Assembly: GCF_018977255.1 (NCBI RefSeq)
Contig: NW_024704742.1
Location: forward strand, 23,872,001-23,936,000
Direction of reading: 5' to 3'
DNA length: 64,000 bases
From: Callorhinchus milii
Taxonomy: Eukaryota
The position numbers were made by a program, and so were the translations under genes. The notes under the pieces were generated by a model that worked only from the letters and a program-made list of their open reading frames with translations, was not told where the DNA came from and ran no database searches. Below, one piece after another: positions 50,490-63,293 of this stretch (positions within the stretch are counted from its first letter, which is position 1; every line of letters starts with the position of its first letter).

Positions 50490-51104
50490 TAATTCTTGAC
50501 ACTTGATGTAGCGTCTTATTATGTCATCAAAATATCTCAAAGTGCTTCAGAGGATTTTACTGTAAAGTGTAGTGACTGTTAATGTGTCAGCCAATTTGCT
50601 CAAACAGCGAGAAGCAAATAATAATAACCAATTTTATCTGGGGAATTGTTGGCAAAGATACCCGGAGAAATTCCCTCCTCTTCAAATTATGCCATGTGAT
50701 CTTTAACCTCCAACCTGAACAGGCAGACAGGACCTCAGTTTAACATCTCACCTGTAGGATGACACTTACAGACTCCCAGGAAAGATTGTTGTGGCCAGGA
50801 CACTGGATTCATCATAAAAATAGCTTGATGCTTTGAATGGGAACAGAACAACAACAAAAACAACAACAATTTTACGTGTATATACGTTGGAAGATAGTAA
50901 AATGGTTATTGTGGAAGGAAGAGATAAAATGAGCCAAAGAGATTTCTTCATCCAAATTAACCTTATGAACTCTGCCAATGCAACACTCCCCAGTACCACA
51001 TTGGAATGTCAGTCTTGACTATTAATTTAAAGTCCCAATGTGCGACTGGAACCTACAGCCTTCTGACTCAAAGGTGAGTGCGCTAGCAACTGAGCCAGGC
51101 TGAC
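50490..51104 (-). mobile_element. DeuSINE-like element with internal insertion
   Basis: Head tgtcagcctggctcagttgctagcgcactc...; Deu-like ctgtctgcctgttcagg; L2-like tail. Confidence 0.7.
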
Positions 51105-52014
51105 AGAATAATGCAACAGGAAAATTAGAGAAACACCACAAATGAAGCCCAGGTATTTAAAATTTATACACAGCCCTGGATGGTTCTCAGTGAAGTATGA
51201 ATAACAACATAGTGTACTTTAGTCACAGTGTCAAAACTATCGGCATTCTTTACATGATAAATCAGCCTGTCTGACATGTAATGCACTGTAATTAAATCGC
51301 AGGAATGTTTGTGTTCTGTGAAGGCTGCTGCTGTCAATCATTCCCACACTCTGTCCCTGTACTCAGCTTTTTCCTCGTACCAGTGATCACTCAGGACACT
51401 CAAAACGTCCTCAGGATGATTTTGTTAATATATATTTCAACACATGAAGAATTAATCCACGAGACAAATGTGTTACTTTAGATACATTGAATGAATCCGT
51501 TCTTGAATATTTTAATGTCTAGCAAAGCAACTCGGGCATTTTTAAATGTGTAATTTTCATTTTCACCAGGTCCAAACACTGAAACAATTTGATCATTATG
51601 TGGTGCAGGCTCCACAACAGGCTGAGGAGTGAGATGGACTCACGAGTAATCTGCTCCTGCCTGAAGCAGTTACCATCTTTCTGTTTACACAAATAGAAAA
51701 TTACAATTGCAAATTTATTGCCAGATAGAAAATGAGCAGAGTGGCTATATACACTAAGTGCACTGGGTGGCAACACAATATATCTCCTGTTTTTGGCTCT
51801 GCCATTATATTTCCCTCTTTTCTAGTGTAAAAAGACCTGAATATTTTTTACATACTTAAAAAATTGTCTAATGTCTCAAAATGATAAAGGAAAGCACACT
51901 CATTCAAAGTCACCAATTCCAGAAACTGTACCGTGCATTTCGGTGGAAAGATTTACACCAATAGATACATTTACATGACTGTAAAAAATCCTGAGATTTT
52001 AGATGCTTTTAGTT

Positions 52015-52290
52015 GAATAATCCTTGCATTTGATAGATGTGTCAAAAGGCTTCACAGGATATACTGTAAAGTGAATTGACTGTATATTTATGGGCGAAAC
52101 GTGGCAGACAATTGCGCACAGCAGTGTCCTACAAACAGTCATAGACTGAACTGACCAAGTTATTATTGTTTTTTCCTTCTTGAGGGTTTATTATCAGGCG
52201 TGTGGAGTAAGGAAACTTGCCCAAGGTTTTGCTCTGCTGGGAATCGAACCCAGGTCTCTCGCTTAGGCAAGTGCTGTAACCACTGAGCAC
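52015..52290 (-). mobile_element. tRNA-Ala SINE copy (diverged)
   Basis: Same head (gctcagtggttacagcac...gggttcgattccc) and 3' half as the young family. Confidence 0.85.
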
Positions 52291-52615
52291 TATTATTATT
52301 ATTTTATTTGAATAATGAATACAGCCCCAAACTGTAAAACTCAGGGCTGCTAAAAGGTAAATGCACAGCCAGTGTGAAAGTGAGCAAAGTGAATATGACC
52401 ACTTTGGGATGAACTGGAGGCTAAATGTTACTTAGGGGTCAATGCCTTGTCATCGCTAACACTAGCAATCTTTTAATTACATAAATTATCTACCATTATA
52501 AAGAAGTAACAAAAGATCATTTGTTTTAGATGATCGTTGCACAATATGCATTCTTGACCTTTCAGAAGAGAGGAGAAAGTTAAAGGGTGAAACAAAGAGG
52601 CCGGTTTTGATGTAT

Positions 52616-52825
52616 TGTATGTATGTATGTATGTATGTATGTATGTATGTATGTATGTATGTATGTATGTATGTATGTATGTATGTATGTATGTATGTAT
52701 GTATGTATGTATGTATGTATGTATGTATGTATGTATGTATGTATGTATGTAGGTAGGTAGGTAGGTAGGTAGGTAGGTAGGTAGGTAGGCAGGCAGGCAG
52801 GCAGGCAGGCAGGTAGGTAGGTAGG
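52616..52825. repeat. Compound tetranucleotide microsatellite (TATG)n(TAGG)n(CAGG)n(TAGG)n
   Basis: Directly visible. Confidence 0.98.
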
Positions 52826-53924
52826 ATGGACATGAAGGCTGACAAAGGTTGTGCTGCCAAAGGAAGGAAAGATCTCTTAACCTATATATATTATATAGAA
52901 TTGTCTTTGTCTTTCCCAGTTGTTGTGCTTCCTGAATCAGACTACTTGTAGCTTCATTAAAAATCTTGTACTACTATATTACTATATATTGGTACAATAT
53001 TGTACCACTCATGCCTAAAATAATGCTTTATCTGTGATTCAGGGACAGTGACACAAACAACTTTCACATCTAGCACAATCTTAACCTAAATAATAATCGC
53101 TACATCCGATCTGGTAATAGCACCTTTCACATCTGGGGGGTGGGGAGTGCTTCATTGGGAATATTGTAAAGTGGAGTGATTGTGTCTTGTGGCTGTATGT
53201 AGCAGCCAATTTTATGCACAGCAATGTCCAATAAAAAAAAGAGCCATAATGAATAACCAACATTAATTGGGAGAATTGCTGACCATTGACCAGGAGAAAC
53301 TATCTTCTCTTTTTTGAGTAGTACCAAGGGATCTTTAATATCAACCTGAACAGGCTGGCATAGGTCCACCTATCCACCCAGAGGAATCTTCTACAGTATA
53401 TAGCTGGCGTACCTGAAATGTTTCCTGTGGAATTTTCCCTGAAATACGGTTTGAAACCTTGCAATGCTGGGGAAAAGACTCATTTTAGTAACAAATTATG
53501 TGCCTTGCACAGCATTCAGCATTCACGGTGCATTGTGTGTTGAAGGCAGCGGGTGCAAAGGTTTTGTTATCTCCTAATAAATAGCTCAAACCCTAAATAA
53601 AACAAATTATCTAAGAATGTAAAAACCTGGGAAAAGATTTTTTTTGCTGAATACGCCAATTATGATAAGCATGTAACATTGGCCCATTTGTACAGAAATC
53701 CATTGCCTGGTGGTCTAATGTTTAGTTATGAGTATGAGAAACTGCTTTTGAATCACAAAGTAAAGCAGCAATAGGAATACATTGTGACTGGCTCAACATG
53801 TTTCATGAACACTAAAAGGCTGATATCTTAAATCTCCTTGATGTGAAACAGAAATTTGATTTGTTACAAAACCAGCAAAATTCTGCTCCTCATTTGACCC
53901 TTACTTTTTCTCCAGCCACAAACC

Positions 53925-54762
53925 CATTTTCAACCTGCCCATCGTCACTAGGATGCTGGAATGAGTCATCACCTCCAAGCTTCGCTCCTTCCACTCCAGC
54001 TCTCCTTCCTTGAGCTCCTCCAATCTGGTTTGCATTCTACTCACCAAACCAGTCAGGAACCTAGGTGTCTTGTTGACCCTCAACTGTAATTTCTTCCCCA
54101 CATCCAAGCCATGACCTGCTCTGCCTTCCCTCACCTCCGCCACTACCTCACCCCTCAGACTGCTGAAACTCTTGTTCATATCTTCGTCGCCTCCAGGCTC
54201 GACTTTGCAAACTCCCTGCTTCTCAGCCTTCCCAACTCCTCCCTCCACAGGCTGCAGATAATCCAGAACTCTGCAGCCCGTGTCCTCTCCCACATCAAAC
54301 TCCATGACCCCATCTCCCCCATTCTCACCCGACTCCATTGGCTCCCTATCCTTCAGAGGATCCAGTTAAAGATCCTGGTCCTCTCTTACAAAGCCCTCCA
54401 TGGCCTCGCCCTACCCTACCTCTGCGACTTCCTAACCCCCTACCAATCCGCCCACTCCTTCCACTCAGCCGGCTCTGGCCTATTCCAATTCCCCTGACCC
54501 ACCATTGGCGAGAGAGTCTTCAGCCACTCTGTCCCCAACCTCTGGAATTCCATCCCCCAATCACTTTGCCTGGCCCCCTCCTTAGCCTCCTTCAAGTCCC
54601 GCCTCAAAACCCTCCTCTTCGACCATGCCATCGGTCACCTCCCTTCCCCTCCTTTCTCCCTCCTTGACCCCAGCTCGGGTCTGAAATACTGTACACTGTC
54701 CAGCGCCTTGGGACGTCCTCCCAACGTGAAAGGCGCTGTACAAATGTAATCTTGTTGTTGTA
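53925..54762 (+). mobile_element. L2 LINE 3' fragment with intact tail
   Basis: TAETLVHIFVASRLDFANSLL...LQIIQNSAARVL...LHWLPI; ends cagcgccttgggacgtcctcccaacgtgaaaggcgct...(TTG)n. Confidence 0.92.
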
Positions 54763-57716
54763 CTCACAGCACCAGGACTGCCCTGGTTCCTGGTTCCATT
54801 CCCAGAAAATATCAGCCTACTTCATGTCCCCTGACTGATCCACCCCACCACTGGATGAGCTTTCAGCCATTCTATCCCCATTCTCTAGACCCTGCATCAA
54901 CGGGTCCGCCTGTCTCATTGCTTTAAAACCTATCTTTTCAAGTCTAACCCCTCCCAAATCCTACCCCCACCCTGACATGGCTCAGGTGCCCAGAACCAGC
55001 TATGAGATCTCAAAGCACTTTGAGATGTTCTCCTGATGTGAAAGGTACTATCTGTTTCATATTACTAATTGAATTTACAAGAAGTCATATTCATCCCTTT
55101 GCATTTGATGTAATAAAGAGGACTACAATGATATTACTTTGGGTTTGTCCCAATGAATCTCGCCTAGTGGATTTTCATTGTATTTGACAGGTATTGTAGA
55201 CTGATTTTATTTTCACTGGGGAGAGATATTATCACTGGGGACTGTGACAGTGGAATTGAGAATGGCAGCATACATAATGCCTCACACAGGACAAAGTGCC
55301 AAAGGAGTTATAATCCTTCTCTCCCAGGGATCTCCACGAAAGTCACTCCGACCTATGAGAGCTCGACGGGGGTGGACCAACCACCCTCAGGGTACTTTAG
55401 TGAGTCTTTGTACAGCCTTTTAACTATTCAAGAACTTCAGTACCATTTGCGTACTCAGATCAAAAATGGAGTCTAACAGGATTTATTTTGTGTTTATTAA
55501 AAAAAAGGCAATAAAACTGATGCTGACTCTACGACTTGATTTGGAACACTCAGCGGGAGAACTCAGAGCAGGGTTTTGTGTGGTCAAATGACAGAAAATA
55601 GGTGTATTTTTCTTTCTTTAGAATCCTGTTTTTCATAATCATTTCTCTGCTTTTCCCCCACAGGATACTGCTGACCACCCGAACATTAGCCTCCTCCTTG
55701 TTGGGGTGAAGAACAAATGGCTGTATTGATGGACATCATCAATGGGTCAAGCACTTCATGAAGTGTTCGGTCCCCAGCTAGTTTCGTTTGCCCTGATTCT
55801 GATGACTCGCTTGGCTAGGACTGCCGAACTCACCTCGGGGGAAGCTGAGATGCAGATGTTAAATGGAGAAGAGTGTTATATAAATACAGGACTGGTGTGG
55901 TGGTGGCGGGGGCGGTGAGGGGGGGGCGGGGGGGAAAGGGGAATGCTGTCCCCAAACTTTACAACACATTAGTGTATCACTGAAGTCTCATTTGAGGTTT
56001 TAAGCTGAATGCGGACAGCAAGGAAGAAATCAAATCTGTAATTTGTCATGATCAAAATAATGTTAGAATGATGGATGATAAAAGTAATTAAATACATCTG
56101 CACTGCAAGCCATCACCAGAGCTGTGCTTGGGTGCACATGGCAAGCCGCACATTTCCACTCATTTTAGCTATTAACATGTTTTGCATATTTGTTTGTATG
56201 TCTGGGGAGGGGAAACGGGCGTGGTGGAGTTGAGTGTAGAGGGAGAAGATATCTTTCTGCTTGGTGCCAGCCAAAAGCACTGTTGCTTGAAACAATATAT
56301 ACAGCAAACATGCATTCATTTCTGACCGGAAATCCACCCGTTTTGTATTTCAGCAAAGCTCTTCTGCCACATCCATTCTGCTAACAAGTTTATCTGCACC
56401 ATTTTGCGCCAATCAAAGGGGGGGATTTTTTGTCATTTTCTGCCGCTGCACCAAATCTGCCCTTTCTGAGCTTGTGTGCTATTTTCAAATGATAGATTGA
56501 TGCTCGACAAGCTATCTGTGCTAGTTTTACGATGCTATATTTAGGGCAAAGTAAAAAATGTTCATCTCAAATGCACATCATTAATGTATTTTACAAAAAT
56601 ACTGCAGTTTCAATTCATGACAGCTTATTTAATATCATATTGCATCCATACTTCCTGTTACTCAATTCAGCAGCAGCATGACTACACTAAGGCATCTTTT
56701 GAGTATCTATGGTTCCTTTCTCCCTTGTTTTTCTCCCCATACTGTATGTACTGAGGAAGGAGTACTGTATTTAGCTTGTTCCCAGCTAGAGTCCTAGTGG
56801 AGCAATCATGAGAGATATGCTCTGTATGTATTTGGCCTATTTAAGTGAGCTCTCCGTGTATGGTGTGTGTACGGCCAGCCATCTTCAAATGTTATCCACA
56901 TGTAGACAAGTGACTCTTTAGCATAGCTCTCCTTCACTTAGTCAGTAATGAGGTCAGTATTGCCCTCATCTTTGTACCCTAACACAGTTGGGCTAGACAG
57001 CCTGGCCCTCCCACATCATTCCCCATTACTGCTACCCCTCTTCACAAGTGCTCAGTTCCTCTTCCCGTTCCTGATTTGCATCTTCTATTCCAATGTTTAT
57101 TTTAAGGAGAATACAGTGTGTGCGGGGAGGTGGGGGTGGTGGGGGGGATTCTCTGCTGTGGCAGACGCTCTACTTGTACTATAAAGAGAGCAGATGGCAC
57201 ATTATCATTACAAATGCACACACATCTATTTGGATTCTGCAGTTCACTGCCATCCTGCTACACTGCAATTCATTGCAATACTGCCCTAATACAGCCACAG
57301 TTTTATTACATATTAAATACTCTTCTCCACTGTTAGCATACTTGAACAGATTCATGTACCATATTTTGCAGTACAATATGAGGGTAAAGTTAATGGCATT
57401 TCATATCACGTTCCTTGCCTCAATCAACACCAAGAATGTGTCATGAGGTGCTACACATATTAATCCCATGGTATACAATTAAGATGATTATAATGTCAAA
57501 TAGTCCATGGTATAATATAATCATAATTAAGATGATTATACGATATCGGGGACTATTCAACTTTTGTCAACCTAGGCGGATTGTCAACAGAGGGGCTCAC
57601 AAGCGGACGATAGATGCCGGATTCTGTGGTTAAAATTTCTGTACCATGTATTTACATGTATTTTCATTTATTTATTTTTGAGAAGTCATACATTTCATGT
57701 GAAAGGTGATGTAAAA

Positions 57717-58030
57717 GTGGAGTCCTGCAGCTCAGTGGTTAGAGCACTCGCCTTGCAAGCGAGACACCTGGGTTCAATTCCAGGCAGAGGGCGAAACCTT
57801 GGGCAAGTTTTCTTACTGCACATGCCTAATAATAATCCCTCCAAAATAAAAAACAATAATAAATTGGTCATTTTCAATCCATGACTGTTTGTGGGACATT
57901 GCTGCGTGCAATTAGCTGCCATGTTTCGCCCACAAATATACAGTCAATTCACTTTACAGTCTGTTCTGTGAAGTGCTTTGAGATGTCGAGAAGACATGAA
58001 AAGCGCTATATTAAATGCAAGGATTATTAT
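57717..58030 (+). mobile_element. tRNA-Ala SINE, full length
   Basis: GTGGAGTCCTGCAGCTCAGTGG head through the tgcaaggattattatt tail. Confidence 0.92.
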
Positions 58031-58459
58031 TTTAATTTATTATAAAAGGCACCATGCAAATGTAATTTTTGTGGTTATTAATTAAAATTCATGAACCATG
58101 TATGTACATGTATTTTCATTACCTTATTTACAAAAATACAAGTCAAAAATAGTTATGTAAGTAAAGAAAAAGTAATTTAAGAGTACACTGTCGACATAAC
58201 AAAAACAACTTGCATTTATATGGTGCCCTTCAAGCGGGCAGCATCTCAGAGTGCTTATTGCCATAGAAGTGGCAATAAAACAAAGCCTTTTATATTGCAT
58301 TATGCTGACATAAGTGTACTTGAGTTTATGTCAACTTTGATAGTAAGTTTTTAGTAATAATGTATGGAGAAGGGACTGGGACTTCACTTTCCAGTTGATA
58401 TAAACGGGATGTCGACAAATGGTTTGAGATATAAATGGGTAGGACTATATCACCATAAA

Positions 58460-58770
58460 ACCTGGGTTCGATTCCCAGCAGGGCAAAATCTTTCCGTCCT
58501 CCACACCTAGCAGTAAATAGGGACCCGGTTGTCAGTTGATTGGTGGATCGCTTTTCTGGGGGTAATCCTTCAAAAATAAAACAAAATAAAAAATTGGTCA
58601 CTCATTTCACAACTGTTTGTGGGACACTGGTGTGTGCATTTGGCTACTGTGTTTCACCCACAAAATATATAATCAATTCACTTTGCATTGTATTCTGTGA
58701 AGCGCTTTGAGACATCTTGAAGACGTGATGAGACGCTACATCAAATGCAAGGATTATTATTATTATAATA
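58460..58770 (+). mobile_element. SINE, long (CORE-like-containing) variant
   Basis: B box gggttcgattccc, then cctagcagtaaatagggacccggttgtcagttgattgg, then the shared 3' half. Confidence 0.8.
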
Positions 58771-60289
58771 AATGTTCTCCTTTATTCGAAGGTCCATGCC
58801 TTCTTAATGCTTTGCTCCTGAACAAGTCAACTGTGGCTTCCTTGTTCGGGCACAATTGTTTAAGGTGTGGTGTCCTCCGTGCCCTTCAGTAATGTGTCTA
58901 TTTTCTTTTCTTTTACCTTTACGTAGGTTTACATAGAGTTTACAGCACAGAAGCAGACCATTTGTCCCAAGTAGTCCATGCCCACATTGAATCTCCACTC
59001 TGAACATAGAAGCACCTGTAACGACTAACACTTTGTTCCATGGGGCACCTGTTCTATTACAAACATCATGGTCTTGCTTTTTTTGTGTGAAAAATGTGTT
59101 TGTCTTATTGTTTCTGAAAATAAGGCAGAATGTAAGACACAGAACAGGCTGTATGTCAGAATGTCAGGCCCTGATACCATTTCATTAGTGTTCATTAGTT
59201 TAAAAAAAGTAAACCACTATTTTTAGGCAGAAAGCTAAGTTATCTCCATAGTAACGTAAATCAAAAAGTCAAGTTTGAGGAGAGTCTCCTTTATCTTGGA
59301 AGGCGATATAAAACACAGGCCATCACTTATGTTTGGAAAGGGGTGTTACTATTGATTTCCATTGTATTTACTTTTGCTGCACAATCTCTCCGGGTTAATA
59401 CTGGACATTTCCCTTGGGGTGCAACATTTATTCATTACACAGAAGTGCCTGGGGCAATGGTACGTGATCTCAAACCCACACAGAGAAAGCCTTGTGTAAA
59501 ATAATTGCACTATGCAGAAACAAATCAGGCAGGTTTTTTTCCCATAATGAGTGTCAGTGTATAAAATCTTCAGCAACGTGGTTGAAGGTTGCCCTAAAGG
59601 CTACCTAGAAAGTGAGTAGGTGAATGGTCTTATCCTCTTTATAGAAATGACTGAGTGGATTTTACAATCAACTGCATTTACTCATTGCACTGAACTAGTT
59701 AAGAGGTGTGGTAACCCCACTAAACCAGGGATGTAAGAATTATTATTATTATTTTGATTGCTGTTTATTGGTTGTCATCAAAATAATGTGTAACATGGGA
59801 GAAAATGCCAGATTTCAGCACCATGGGAAAATAAGTATATTGTATGTAGAGGGAAGCTATCAATCATGGTCAACTCGACCAATTGGAGTAACTGCTGCAG
59901 GCCACCAGAAGAAAGCAAACACAAAAATATTGAATAGGCCTAACAGGGCACATCATGGCAAACGGCGAGCAGCATCTAGCCATGTGCTGGATGGAGAGCA
60001 GGGGCGGGACTGGTGATTCTCACGCTTGAAGTAACATTTACCTTTACCGTGTGAGTGTATGTAAGGTGTTTTCGTCTAAAATTAGTGCGTGTGGCTAAAA
60101 TGGTGTTGTTGTTGTTGCCGCACCTGTGACTAGTCGGTGATTTCTATTGGACAACACTGCACTAGATATAAAACGTGGTGTTGTTGAATTTCACGTCCCC
60201 TTAGCACTTGCAGCCAATCCCCAGCTGTCTGTGGGATCTAACCTGTCCCTGCTGAAGGAACATCTAGCAAATAATTAGAAAGCACCTTC

Positions 60290-60590
60290 AATAATGTGCA
60301 TTTTGGATTATCTGAACAATACTTTCAGATGCACTGAGAGAGTAGACTAAGAGGACACAGGTATAGAGTTGCAAAAAGCGGGCAATTTCAGGACAGATAC
60401 CAAAAAAGGTTTTCTTTGCCAAGAGAGTAATTAATGACTGGAAGAGATTACTAGGAAGGCAAGGACACTGACTGTATTCAACAAACAGTATTATGCAATG
60501 GTGGGAGGAGTAGGTTGGGTGTGCTGGAAGCATGAATTCAAGTGAATCGAAGGGCCTTCTTCATCTGAATCTCTCTTGTAATCTTGTGAA
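60290..60590 (+). mobile_element. CR1 3' end fragment
   Basis: agactaagaggacacagg...ttctttgccaagagagtaattaatgactggaa...gaagggccttcttcatc pattern. Confidence 0.65.
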
Positions 60591-62944
60591 TCTATGAGCA
60601 TTCACTATCCTTTGCAGATTATCATTTAAGTGGTGGCAATCCAATGAGTGCTAATGATGCTCACTATGAAGATGCAAAGAGCATTTGTTTGTCCAGCATG
60701 ATTTAACAGCAATACAGAGGTGCCAGTCATTACTTAGTTGTAGTGAAAACATTGTGAGACATGAAATCAGAGAATGAAAATCAATGAACTGAATAGAAAC
60801 ATAGAGGAAAGAAAGAAATGCTTCATAAATAATTACTGGCAAGTGTAGTGACTTTGTTTATAGGCAAAGAAACATCCAGTGTGAATTTAGATTTCATTTT
60901 ATCCAGCCGTAGTTCTTCATTAATATTTTACAAGGCACAGGCTGTTTTTGGTTTCATTCAGGATTGCTCCACAGCACCAAATACTGCTTCTTCATTTCCC
61001 CACAGACCCTATTAATTTTCTTTGCTTTGCCTCCTTATCTTACATAATTCATATTAAATTAAGCAAAACCCTTTGGTTCTGCACCTGCTAGCAGGATAAT
61101 ATATCAAAAAGATATAGGTAGCTGCATGATATCTGGCCCTGACCTGAAGGGAAACCTGGCTCAAGAAAAGTAAGCTCTCATCCTTAATAAATGTGGGTAT
61201 TGGACTTGCCAATATTCACTGGGGTTCAATCTTCTGGTTATAGATAAAATCTAGAGGCTATGTTTTATCAGACAGAAACTGATTTCGCTTAACTGAAAAT
61301 CTCCTAATCCTCCAGAAATCAAACACTGATTGAATATTTTGACTGAGACGTTACCTCTGGAAAGAATAATCAGCGCCACAAGGTAACAAAAAGATGGGTT
61401 TAACAGGATCTGGACTCCACTGATGCACTTGCTCAGTATGTTTCCCATGACAGAAATCAGCTTCACAGAAGATCAAAGTCTGAGACTCCATGCTGACCTG
61501 AGAGGCTGCTGGAGATAAATCCTCGGTAATAAAGTTTCATTCGATGACTCTGCACCTCATCCCTGGGTGGCGGCAGAATTTAAATATTAGCCTGACTGAA
61601 TTTAGATGTTGCAGATGTTTCCTTTTGTGAACAATACAGACCCCAATGTTTCACCTAGTTTTAGCCTGTAAAACTGCATTTGGTCTTAAAATTTGAGATT
61701 TCACAGAATTGTGGAAAAATATTCAGTTCAGTCTTAATCTAGAAGCCAGTTTACCGTAGTTCCTAAAAAAAGATTGTCTTAATACCTAATTTAAGATTCT
61801 TTCTACCATTCTGCACCAGCTTAACTTTTCAGACAAAATGGCCTCATAGCCTAATGCTAGGTAGAATTTCAGGCCTCCCCCAACCTTTTTATCTTCTTCC
61901 GTTTGCACTACCGGTCGCTGCTCACTGAGTTCCTGGCTCATATGCTGGTGATGACAAGCCTCCTGCCATTTAAGATGAGTCTAATAAGCAGCCATAAATC
62001 ATGAATTCATATCTACATAGATGATCCATTCACAACCCAAGGCCACAGCTGAACCTTCGGATCAAGATCTCATTGTTATATCTGAGGAGAAGGCAACAAT
62101 GAGGAACACGAATTTAACGCCTCAATTTACATGCAAATCCAATTACCCTTTATTGGTGAGTTTCAGCTGGAAAAGGGCTGCTTTCTGGTTTCAAAATGTA
62201 ATAATTATTATTATTATTATCATCCTGCAGAAAGCAGACAGGTCCTGTGAATTCCAAAACTCCAGAGGCTGAAATGTCTCATTGTCTTAGCCTTAAAACT
62301 ATCATCTGAAAATTTAAGTTGGAACTAGTTTTTCACAGTTCTTTAGTGCCTAGGTAGTTCAGCCAGAGCAGCAGCTGGGTGCTAAATTAATCTAAAGACC
62401 ACAGGGTTTGTGGAGATAAAAAATCAACCACTTATGATCAGTATCCAGAAATAGTGCACAGGTGTGGATGTTGGATAAAGGCAGGATCAGGCTTGCGTGT
62501 GACGCCCCTCAATCAAATATTCTGCCGATACCACTGTCAATCTCAAACAACAAAAGCTTGCATTTGTATTGCGCCCTTCAGCTTGGTGAACGTCTCAGAG
62601 CGTTTCACAGTGATGGGATTCGAGGTAGGCTATGAAGGAGGGTAAGGTGTAAAGTGACCAAAAGTGTTGTCGAAGAGGTAGATTTTAATGTGGGAACAGA
62701 GACAGAGAGTTCCAGAGGCTGAATGATTAAATGATATGTGCTTGGGAGAGGTACTGGAGGTTCTATGGACCAATAATACAGTGGAAAAGAACAGAGTCAA
62801 ACAACTTCAGGAGAGGGGAAAATTGGTGAGGGAGTGATTCAAATATAAAAGCATTGTTAACGGGCAAAGTGTTCTCCAAAGTGTTATATTTTATATAGTG
62901 CCTTTCACGTCGCATGGTCATCTCAAACCATTTCACAGAATATA

Positions 62945-63293
62945 ATCTTTGAGACGTCTCAAGGCACTTCACAGAATCTACTGTAAAGTGTAGTGGCTGT
63001 ATACTTTGTGGGTGAAATGTGGCAGCCAATTGCGCACAGCAGTGTCCCACACACAGTCCTGCATTGAGTGACCAAATTATTATTTGTTTCTTTTATATAT
63101 TTTTTTAAAAAAGGGATTATTATCCCCAGAAAAGTGATCCGCCAATCGACTAACAACTGGGTTCCTACTTACTGCTAAATAAACAGAGGCGTGTAGAGTA
63201 AGGAAACTTGCCTAAGGTTTCGCCCTGCCAGGAATCAAACCTGGATCCTTTCGCTTGCAAGGTAAGCACTCTAACCACTATGCTACAGGACTC
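62945..63293 (-). mobile_element. SINE, long (CORE-like-containing) variant with tRNA-Ala head, nested in a DeuSINE (62890-63651)
   Basis: Head gagtcctgtagcatagtggttagag..., cgcctctgtttatttagcagtaagtaggaaccc segment, shared tail. The host DeuSINE continues at 63295-63651. Confidence 0.85.

Noticed and set aside
52486..52860. 124-aa ORF with (TYIH)n
   Set aside because: Translation of the tetranucleotide microsatellite.
55640..55740. Strong splice-acceptor-like site (ttttcccccacag)
   Set aside because: All three downstream frames close within about 70 nt. No coding support; a non-coding exon cannot be excluded.
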